A stretch of 64,000 nucleotides of DNA, from NCBI GenBank assembly GCA_964646765.1, contig CAZYIA010000003.1, positions 2,815 through 66,814 on the forward strand. The letters are read 5' to 3'. The notes beneath the pieces are model-generated. The model ran no database searches and was not told the DNA's origin. It saw only the letters and a program-made list of their open reading frames with translations. Position 1 is the first letter of the stretch, and each line of letters opens with the position of its first letter. The translations under genes were made by a program, and so were the position numbers. This document shows, in pieces, positions 34,970 to 42,821 of the stretch. Origin of the DNA: an uncultured Candidatus Saccharibacteria bacterium. GTDB taxonomy: Bacteria > Patescibacteriota > Minisyncoccia > Phycocordibacterales > UBA9973.

Positions 34970-36253
34970 TTAATTTAATGTTTTGGCTAAAGCCTGAGCA
35001 AATGTTGCTGCTTCAGTATAAGTATTATATGCAACTGGAGCAGCACGTAAAATATCGCCACGAATTTCACCGAAGCAATGGTGTTTTTTAGCCAAAGTTT
35101 CTAACACTCCACTCGCAGCATGCTGAGGGGTTGTGAATGAAATCTGGCAGCCACGGTGCTCCCATGCTGTTGGTGTAATAATTCCCACCTGAGGAATGCA
35201 TGAAAGTAAATCATACAAGTAGGTAGAAATTGTTTTGTGCTTCTCTTCAATTGCCGCAAAAGAATATTGTGTAACGATTTCCAAATTAGCCTTTAACCCT
35301 AAAGAATTAAAAATAGGGTCGTTGCTGGCTAAAAATCTCCGCGCACCTTTCGCTGGTTTATAGTTTTCTGTCGGTCCAAATCGGGTATCTTTGTCGATTC
35401 CCCACCAACCAAGCAGTAACGCCAGTTCTGCAATCAGTGCTTCCTTAATGTAAAATCCGGCTACTCCGCCAGGTCCTCCATTTAAGTATTTGTAAGAGCA
35501 GAAGGTGCTGAAATCTATATTCCAGTCGGTCATATGAAGCTGCATATTTCCGATACCGTGAGCGAGGTCAAGACCAATGAAGCCTCCGTTTGCATGTACC
35601 TGTTTTGCTAAATCTTGTACGGGGAAACGTTCTCCGGATTTGTAATTTACCATTTCAAAAAACCCAAGAGCGAGGTTTTTAGTTTCTCCAATAATGCCGC
35701 AGAGTCGGGCAAAATCGTACGTTTCTCCACCGCGAGGGTTAGCAATAACCAGGAATTCATCAATATCCATTTTCCCGTGGATGATTCGTAGAGCCGATTT
35801 GATCGACTCCAAATCAGAAGGGAAGATAGTTGCTATTGTTACTACTTTTGTTCTTCCTTCCTGTTTCTTTTTCCAAAGCGCAAACAGGATAAGAAGGAAG
35901 TTGTTGATACTCAATGAGTTACCGATAACGGCTTCTGGCACATCACCATTACAGCCAAGTAACTCGGCAAGCGGTTTTTCGTATTGCTCGCCATATATCC
36001 ACCAAGGTTCTTTACCTTCTAAGTGTCCATCATGGCCAAGGTTTCCCCATTTATGTGCTTCGTTGGCAAAAATAAGAGGGAACCGTTTGGGCATAAAACC
36101 CAAAGAGTTTCCTCTAAGATCTGCTATCCCACTAGGGCGGGAAAATTCTTGCACATAATTTTTTAAAGGGTCAGATTCATCTAATTGAAGAGCTTTTGCA
36201 AGCAGGTCTTTCCATTTTTTGTTTGTCATTGTTAAAGGATTTAGTATCGTCAC
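34970..36253 (-). CDS. kynU: Kynureninase (PLP-dependent, class V aminotransferase fold)
   Basis: 427 aa. The N-terminus MTNKKWKDLLAKALQLDESDPLKNYVQEF and PLP-lysine region (..CSYKYLNGGPGG..) are typical of KynU. Confidence 0.65.
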   Translation of the reverse strand: MTILNPLTMTNKKWKDLLAKALQLDESDPLKNYVQEFSRPSGIADLRGNSLGFMPKRFPLIFANEAHKWGNLGHDGHLEGKEPWWIYGEQYEKPLAELLGCNGDVPEAVIGNSLSINNFLLILFALWKKKQEGRTKVVTIATIFPSDLESIKSALRIIHGKMDIDEFLVIANPRGGETYDFARLCGIIGETKNLALGFFEMVNYKSGERFPVQDLAKQVHANGGFIGLDLAHGIGNMQLHMTDWNIDFSTFCSYKYLNGGPGGVAGFYIKEALIAELALLLGWWGIDKDTRFGPTENYKPAKGARRFLASNDPIFNSLGLKANLEIVTQYSFAAIEEKHKTISTYLYDLLSCIPQVGIITPTAWEHRGCQISFTTPQHAASGVLETLAKKHHCFGEIRGDILRAAPVAYNTYTEAATFAQALAKTLN

Positions 36254-36371
36254 TCTACAATATTTTTCTCTAAAGTAAAGAAAGGCTAAAATAGGAAGGG
36301 AAACAAAATAATGTTTAAAGCAGGTAAAAAAGTTTAGAAGAAGTTTAGAAATTTCTTGGTACGCTATACGT

Positions 36372-37037
36372 ATGAAAATTCTTGTAATTGAAGATGAGCC
36401 AGATATCGCCGCTTTTATTAAGAAAGGGCTCGAGGCAGAAACCTGTCTTGTAGAACTCGCTGCGACAGGCGAACGAGGTATTTCACTCGCACACTCATAT
36501 ACATATGATGCTATTGTTTTAGATTTTCATTTACCTGATATGCGTGGAGACGAAGCGTCTGCTCGGATTCGTAAAGTAAAGCCCTCTATTCCGATTCTTG
36601 TGCTCTCTGTCGAACGCAATATGGATATTAAATTGGATATGCTTTCCATTTGTGATGACTATCTTACGAAACCGTTTTCTCTTCGTGAGCTTGCCGTTCG
36701 GCTTCGTGCTCTTACTCGACGTGGGGAAGTGCTTCATGGAGATAGATTAGAAGCTGGTGGCCTCACTATGGATTTGGCAAAGCACTCAGTTTCTCTTGAA
36801 GGCAAACCAATTCAGCTTCGCAATAAAGAGTTTGCTCTTCTTGAGTACTTTATGCAGCATCCTGATATCGTTCTCTCACGAGAAATGATTTTGGATCACG
36901 TGTGGGATATGAATGCTGATCCGTTTACTAATACTGTTGATACTCATATTCGATTACTTCGTAAAAAGTTGGAAGACAAACGTCACACCTTTATCCATAC
37001 TGTTCCCAAGCGAGGGTATAAGTTTGCTATCGCTTAA
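36372..37037 (+). CDS. OmpR-family two-component response regulator
   Basis: Receiver domain (MKILVIEDEPDIA...DAIVLDFHLPDMRGDE) plus a winged-helix C-terminus (..PKRGYKF). Confidence 0.85.
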   Translation: MKILVIEDEPDIAAFIKKGLEAETCLVELAATGERGISLAHSYTYDAIVLDFHLPDMRGDEASARIRKVKPSIPILVLSVERNMDIKLDMLSICDDYLTKPFSLRELAVRLRALTRRGEVLHGDRLEAGGLTMDLAKHSVSLEGKPIQLRNKEFALLEYFMQHPDIVLSREMILDHVWDMNADPFTNTVDTHIRLLRKKLEDKRHTFIHTVPKRGYKFAIA

Positions 37038-37046
37038 ACGGGGGTA

Positions 37047-37077
37047 GAAAATGAACGCATAGAAGCGTTCATTTTTT
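37047..37077 (+). terminator. Rho-independent terminator after the response regulator gene
   Basis: gaaaatgaacgc-atagaa-gcgttcatttttt. Confidence 0.65.
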
Positions 37078-37142
37078 GTTTAGAATTTCTTTACATCAAG
37101 TTACATACAATTAAAACAATTTTTAAAACCAAAAACATTTTT

Positions 37143-38132
37143 ATGGCTCAGCAACTCCCCGTGTATGATCTACACACGCTTCCGGAGAATCCGGAACCCC
37201 ATGGTATTTACATTCTTAAACCCAACAATTTCTCGGAAGAGTTTTACCGAGAACGAACGCGACGTAATATCGATTGGATAACTCTTGAAGAGCAAGAAAT
37301 GCTCCGCAATTCTACTGTTGGTATATTCGGTGCTGGAGGTATGGGTGGCACCATCGTTGCTATTCTTGTCCGTTTAGGTATTGGTACCGTTATTCTTTTT
37401 GAACCGGAAACGTTTGATGTTTCAAATATTAACCGTCAATTTGGTGCAACAAAGCAAACGGTAGGGAAGTCAAAAGCTTTCGAAACCGCTCGCATGGTGC
37501 GTGCTATTACTGATGATACTACTTTGATTATTGCCGACGTTGGTTTAAGTGAATCAAATTATGCTTCGCTACAACCCTTTATTACACGTTGCGATATTAT
37601 TCTTGATGAGATTGAATTTTGGGCACTTGGTTCACGGCTTATGCTTCATGACGTTGCCCGAGAGCACAACATTCCTATCATTAATTGCAATACTGTTGGT
37701 CATCGTACCAATCTTTGGTACTTTTCCCGTGCCGGCAAGTCACTTTCTGAGTGTATGCATATCACAACAAGCGATGCTTGGGTATTACAGAAACGGATCC
37801 ACAAGCAGAAGGCGGGGAAAGATGAAATTGCTTTAGTGAAAAATAAAGTGATGAAAATATTTCTGCCGGAAGTTCCGGAGTACTCCGCTACCCCTGAGTT
37901 TTGGAGCACCGCTTCTAATTGGGATACTCGAATTAACCAAGGTGAAGCCATTGTTATTGCAACAAATCCGCCTATGGCTTCAGGTTTTGCGGCTAATCAC
38001 ACGCTATTTCAATTACTACATCAAAAGTCTTCAATAAAGCGAACCTTTATTCTGCCCCCTGAAATGCCCGGGTATATCATGTTTGATGCAGCATTTATGG
38101 AAACCAAACGTATCACAACGCAATGGTGGTAA
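37143..38132 (+). CDS. ThiF/MoeB/E1-like adenylyltransferase with an atypical N-terminal lead (~55 aa) and C-terminal extension (~130 aa)
   Basis: Rossmann GxGxxG VGIFGAGGMGGTIVAIL, conserved ..FDVSNINRQ.. (Arg finger), K...A and DEIE. No CxxC zinc motif. The C-terminal 130 aa have no obvious similarity. Confidence 0.65.
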   Translation: MAQQLPVYDLHTLPENPEPHGIYILKPNNFSEEFYRERTRRNIDWITLEEQEMLRNSTVGIFGAGGMGGTIVAILVRLGIGTVILFEPETFDVSNINRQFGATKQTVGKSKAFETARMVRAITDDTTLIIADVGLSESNYASLQPFITRCDIILDEIEFWALGSRLMLHDVAREHNIPIINCNTVGHRTNLWYFSRAGKSLSECMHITTSDAWVLQKRIHKQKAGKDEIALVKNKVMKIFLPEVPEYSATPEFWSTASNWDTRINQGEAIVIATNPPMASGFAANHTLFQLLHQKSSIKRTFILPPEMPGYIMFDAAFMETKRITTQWW

Positions 38133-38159
38133 TTCTTTCAACCAAAAATCCCTCTGACA

Positions 38160-38768
38160 ATGGAACAAGAATACATAATCCGCATACCCCACACTACTGA
38201 AGAACGTGACCGCGCAATTGAATACGTTTCTTCTCATATGTACAAGAAGCACGGTGGTCATCCACCTAAAGAAACTACCCCTCCGCATCTTTTTATCGCC
38301 CTCGATGGCGCGGAAGTTGTTGGTGCTGTTGGTATAGAATTTGGCACCAAAGATACCCCGTTACCGTTTGAAGAGCTTTACCTGTTTACTCAAGAGATGC
38401 TTCCTGTACAGTATCAGCGCGAAAAAACAATTTACTACTCTCGATGGAATTCGTCCCGCCCCAATATTGGTCCACCACTCTGGCTTGCTGCAACTGAATA
38501 CGCACTTTCTTGCGGCATAGTACATGGCGTTGCTATTACTAAAAAAGACATGGTTGCTTACTGTAAACAATCGCTTGGTTTTGATTGGCGAATTGTGTCT
38601 GGGGCAACCATTAACTCCCAGTACGTTCAGGCTAATGAAACAATTTATTTTTTTAGCCAAAATCCACCTCTCTTATGCTTCAGCGTCTTACCTGATGATG
38701 TTCTACTTCTCCGCATCCTCGTTCGCGATATTTGCCTTAAGCAACGAATTCATGTTGAGCTTCCTTAA
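38160..38768 (+). CDS. Hypothetical GNAT-fold-like (N-acyltransferase/autoinducer-synthase/thermostable-hemolysin-like) protein
   Basis: 202 aa. HLFIALDGAEVVGAVGIEFG resembles the beta4 strand/core of acyl-CoA N-acyltransferase-fold proteins. It lies 27 nt downstream of the ThiF-like gene. The assignment is by motif only. Confidence 0.3.
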   Translation: MEQEYIIRIPHTTEERDRAIEYVSSHMYKKHGGHPPKETTPPHLFIALDGAEVVGAVGIEFGTKDTPLPFEELYLFTQEMLPVQYQREKTIYYSRWNSSRPNIGPPLWLAATEYALSCGIVHGVAITKKDMVAYCKQSLGFDWRIVSGATINSQYVQANETIYFFSQNPPLLCFSVLPDDVLLLRILVRDICLKQRIHVELP

Positions 38769-38828
38769 CCTTTCTGGGGCCCGTCTATCTGATAGTACGG
38801 GCCTCTCTTTATCTTCAGAGTTTTTACA

Positions 38829-40823
38829 ATGTTACAATATTCTCCAATGCCATTTATTACTCAAGAAACGGTACTCGTGATCGTAAGCTCTTTTAACCTA
38901 TGTATTGGGATCTTTGTGTTTTGGTATCGGCCAGAACGTATCGTAAATCGAATGCTCTGTGCGATAACTCTCGGTATTGCGCTATGGGGCTTTGGGCTCA
39001 CACTACTCACTGAAACACATGATTTTTCATATAACACCGTAATGTTTTACGGTTTCTCACTCTTTATTTTTGGCTTTGTTACGTTTGCTCGGACGTTTCC
39101 CAACACTACTTTTATTCCAAAAAAATTTTATCTTATTTTTCTTCCGCTTGCCGGTGTTCCACTCGCGGCCTTATTTGGTTGGATTATAAAAAGTGCAACC
39201 TATGACATAAGCAATCATCCAGCACCAGTAAATGGTCCACTCTTTCCGTTTTTTGTGGCGCTATCGCTTTTTTATTTTTTGCTTGGCTTTTATTTTTTCA
39301 GACGCACGTATCGAACTTCTGTTGGTGTTGCTCGTATCCAAATCTATTATTTACTGTTCGGTCTTGGGGTACTCCTGCTTTCGACACTCATTTTTGACAT
39401 GCTCTTACCAATTCTTGGTGTTTTTAAACTTAATTTCTTAGGACCCATCTCATCTATCGTTCTTACCGGGATGACCGCTTATGCGATTGTGCGACACCAA
39501 CTTATGGATATTCGTATTATCATCCAACGCTCACTCATTTATGCGATTCTTCTAGGGCTCACGGTTGCATTCTATCTTGCTTCCGTTTCTCTTATTGGTT
39601 TTTTGTTTAATAGTGCGACAGGTACCAGTACTCTTCTTGGAGGTGCAATTACCACGTTGTTCGGTATTTTTACGGTGCCGCTGCTCGAACAATACTTTCG
39701 AAAAATCACTGACCCAATCTTTTTTAAAGATCACTATAACTATGCAGAAGCATTGCATCAGCTTTCAAAGATTTTATATACCAGTGTTCGGCAAGGGGAT
39801 ATTATGCGAGATACCTCAGCACTACTTCGAACACTTTTTAAAACTGAATATGTAGCATTCCGACTTATTGCTGAGAGCACCACATGTCCCTTTCCACCTA
39901 AGCAGGTAGCACTCATAGTTCCTATCCTCTTTGAACAAAAAGAAATTGGCCAACTTGAACTTGGCGAAAAACGTTCAGGAGAACGGTATAGTGCAGAGGA
40001 TCATAAACTTCTAGAAACCTTCGTCTTTCAAGCGGCGGTGGCTCTTGAGAAAGCAAAATTATATGAAAAAGTAGAAGAATATTCAGGAACACTTGAGCAG
40101 CTTGTTGAAAATCGTACTCAAGAAATTAGAAAACTTCAGGAAGACCAGAAGCAAACTATGATTGATATTTCTCATAATCTTCAAACTCCACTGGCAATTA
40201 TTCGCGGTGAACTCGAGCTTGTTACAGAGTCAGCTATGGATGCTGACAAAGTGCGCACGGTTAAAAAATCGCTCGACCGGGTATCACAATTTATTCGCCA
40301 GCTCTTACATTTGGCCAAGCTTGATAACTCCGCGTTTGCTGTGCGAAAAGAACCCGTTAATCTTACAACACTTGTGCGTGACCAAGCTGAGTACTTTGAG
40401 GTTATGGCAAACGAACAAGGAGTAGAGATCAAAACAACTCTTACTCCCAACGTATACAGTATTGGTGATAAACGATTACTCGAGGAACTCCTCACCAATT
40501 TGGTCGCCAACTCTCTCAAGTATCGACGTACTGACGTGGCAAGTCATGTTGAAATTTCCCTCACAAAAAATCAAACAGATATTATTCTTAGTGTTCGTGA
40601 TAATGGCTTAGGTATTCAAAAAGATATACTGCCTAATATTTTTACTCGTTATGTCACAGCTCGATCGTCGCCCAACTTAGAAAGTACCGGGCTCGGGCTC
40701 GCTATTTGTAAAAAGATAGTCCTGCGACACGAGGGGACAATTAGCGCAACTAGCCAGCCAGGGAAAGGGACTGAAGTTACTATTACCTTTCCACTTAGTT
40801 CTCATAATCCAGAAAAAGCTTGA
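38829..40823 (+). CDS. Sensor histidine kinase with an N-terminal ~8-TM sensor module (7TM-HK type), a GAF-like linker, HisKA and HATPase_c
   Basis: The first 330 aa contain about eight TM helices. H-box DISHNLQTPLAIIRGELE. N, G1 and G2 boxes (NLVANSLKY; DNGLGI; GLGLAICKKIV). Confidence 0.8.
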   Translation: MLQYSPMPFITQETVLVIVSSFNLCIGIFVFWYRPERIVNRMLCAITLGIALWGFGLTLLTETHDFSYNTVMFYGFSLFIFGFVTFARTFPNTTFIPKKFYLIFLPLAGVPLAALFGWIIKSATYDISNHPAPVNGPLFPFFVALSLFYFLLGFYFFRRTYRTSVGVARIQIYYLLFGLGVLLLSTLIFDMLLPILGVFKLNFLGPISSIVLTGMTAYAIVRHQLMDIRIIIQRSLIYAILLGLTVAFYLASVSLIGFLFNSATGTSTLLGGAITTLFGIFTVPLLEQYFRKITDPIFFKDHYNYAEALHQLSKILYTSVRQGDIMRDTSALLRTLFKTEYVAFRLIAESTTCPFPPKQVALIVPILFEQKEIGQLELGEKRSGERYSAEDHKLLETFVFQAAVALEKAKLYEKVEEYSGTLEQLVENRTQEIRKLQEDQKQTMIDISHNLQTPLAIIRGELELVTESAMDADKVRTVKKSLDRVSQFIRQLLHLAKLDNSAFAVRKEPVNLTTLVRDQAEYFEVMANEQGVEIKTTLTPNVYSIGDKRLLEELLTNLVANSLKYRRTDVASHVEISLTKNQTDIILSVRDNGLGIQKDILPNIFTRYVTARSSPNLESTGLGLAICKKIVLRHEGTISATSQPGKGTEVTITFPLSSHNPEKA

Positions 40824-40905
40824 AAAATAAGGTGATTTATGCTACACTCGCAACACGAACAATTTAAGAGTTTCCCAATACTGCGCCGGGAAAGCGCTCT
40901 TTCTT

Positions 40906-41352
40906 TTGTTCGTATCTATTTTCATTATTTCAAAATTTAAAAATTCAGATTTAAACCCCAAGACAGTTATGATGACATTACTTACCATTACGGCACACGT
41001 TGCCCCGCTAATTTTTTTGTTGACCCTCGTTTGCTTGATTGGCAATTCGCGTATCGCGAACCATCAACTTAATGGGCAATTTACCTTAGGTTTTTGCATA
41101 TCCCTTAGTGTATTCTCGCTTTTTGGCATTTTCGCCAGTATAAAAGCCAGTCTTCCTAACGCATATGCAGTATCCTATGCAGCGTTTACCCTCGGTAACG
41201 CCTGGGTGGTATTCCAAATATACTTTGGCATATCAAAGGTTTCTAAAGAAGAAGCAGAGCAGCAAACTCTTATTGCTCCCGTGCCTGTTGGCAGAGACTG
41301 GGACCCACGTTCCACTCAAAACAAAGAACATTCCGCTTCAGTAGAAGCATAG
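40906..41352 (+). CDS. Hypothetical membrane protein
   Basis: Four TM helices. Non-ATG (TTG) track start. The more likely start is the internal MMTLLTIT. Confidence 0.4.
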   Translation: MFVSIFIISKFKNSDLNPKTVMMTLLTITAHVAPLIFLLTLVCLIGNSRIANHQLNGQFTLGFCISLSVFSLFGIFASIKASLPNAYAVSYAAFTLGNAWVVFQIYFGISKVSKEEAEQQTLIAPVPVGRDWDPRSTQNKEHSASVEA

Positions 41353-41404
41353 TTATTTTAGGCGCAGAAATTTGTAATTCCCGGAGGTTGCCCTTCGGGA
41401 ATTA

Positions 41405-42076
41405 TTATTTTGCCACAAACGGATTGAAGTTTGTTTCCGTATCGTAGTAGTCCTCTTGTTCGTTTTTCTTCAGGAAACCAACGACGGCGTAGGTAATTGG
41501 AGTGAAGATAATTTCTACTCCCGTTTTAAAGAGGTAATTTGAGATGATGAGTGTTATCAAAAGTGAGTTTGGCAAGATGCCGAAAAAAGCGATAACAATA
41601 AAAAGTGCGCTATCGATGAGTTCACCAACAACTGTTGAACCGATTGTGCGGGTCCAAAGAGCATTTCCTTTCGTCCAGATTTTCATTTTGGCCAAAATGT
41701 AGGAGTTCGAAAATTCGCCGGCAAAGTAGGCAATGAGGCTTGCGATAACTAAGCGAGGAGTGAGGCCCAAAATAGCATCGTATGCTGCTTGGTTATTCCA
41801 ATCAGCCGCCGCTGGCAGTTTACCAACAACGATAAAGATGACTGACATTAAAAGTGCACAGAAAAATCCAAGCCAGATAGTTTGGCGGGAGCGCTTATAG
41901 CCATACACTTCAGTGAGAATGTCACCAAAGATGTATGAGAGTGGGAAGAGGAGAGTTCCCGCATCAAAGGTAAACCAGCCGAAGTCGACAATTTTAGTTG
42001 AAGCGACGTTTGAAATAAGTAGTACCGCGACAAAGAAAACGCTGATCGCGGTTAAATAATTGTATGATTTTTGCAT
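41405..42076 (-). CDS. Queuosine-precursor transporter YhhQ (VUT family)
   Basis: Six TM helices. The N-region NVASTKIVDFGWFTFDAGTLLFPLSYIFGDILTEVYGY is highly characteristic of YhhQ. Confidence 0.7.
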   Translation of the reverse strand: MQKSYNYLTAISVFFVAVLLISNVASTKIVDFGWFTFDAGTLLFPLSYIFGDILTEVYGYKRSRQTIWLGFFCALLMSVIFIVVGKLPAAADWNNQAAYDAILGLTPRLVIASLIAYFAGEFSNSYILAKMKIWTKGNALWTRTIGSTVVGELIDSALFIVIAFFGILPNSLLITLIISNYLFKTGVEIIFTPITYAVVGFLKKNEQEDYYDTETNFNPFVAK

Positions 42077-42085
42077 AGGGTGAGC

Positions 42086-42715
42086 TTAGCGTACTTGCTC
42101 GCGGATCACAACTTTTCCTTTACCAATTTTCTTGATCTTAGTAGGGAATGTTTCAGTATCAAATTCCAGTGCTGTTATTGTATCAATTCCAACACCAAAA
42201 CGTACCGGCGCTTCTTCCATGTCGAGTTCGAGAATTTTTTCTCGCTTTCTTTGGGTGTAGTGGGCCTCAATGGCAGTATCTTTGATCAAGTTTAATCCTT
42301 TCGCCATTTTGCTTTTAGGATCGCTTCCTGAAACACGAAAATAAGCGCCAAGCATTTTCGCTCCTGCGGACTCGCCGATAATGCACGAAGCATTTTTAAT
42401 AAGTCGAACTAATTTTGGGTTTTTCTTAAGAACCGCATGTAAGTTCATGATGCTACTTCCGCCACTGATGAAAATGAGTGGATTTTTTACCTTCGCCATA
42501 TCCACTTTGTTTTCTGAGTTTAGGTAAATGATCCCTGGATGTTTGATGTTTTTATGATACCAATCTCCTTGCCACTCCGGTTCTTTGGTTGTTACTCGAG
42601 CTGATGGGATATGAAGAACTTGCTTCGGTTTTTCCCGTTTGATAACTCGCTCAATCATTTTCATTTCTTTTATTCCTTCGCCTGTTTCTGCACCGCCGAA
42701 AAGTATAACTTTCAT
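42086..42715 (-). CDS. Peptidase S51 family (dipeptidase E-like Ser peptidase)
   Basis: MKVILFGGAE... plus the nucleophile elbow GESAGAKM and FISGGSS. Confidence 0.55.
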   Translation of the reverse strand: MKVILFGGAETGEGIKEMKMIERVIKREKPKQVLHIPSARVTTKEPEWQGDWYHKNIKHPGIIYLNSENKVDMAKVKNPLIFISGGSSIMNLHAVLKKNPKLVRLIKNASCIIGESAGAKMLGAYFRVSGSDPKSKMAKGLNLIKDTAIEAHYTQRKREKILELDMEEAPVRFGVGIDTITALEFDTETFPTKIKKIGKGKVVIREQVR

Positions 42716-42821
42716 AGTCTGTATACTACCGTAGTTCTATAGGGTCGCAAACAAGAGGAAAAACGTTTTCTTTGCTTAGAATCCCTAGGGTTACCTGATA
42801 TACTTCCTACATATAACACGT

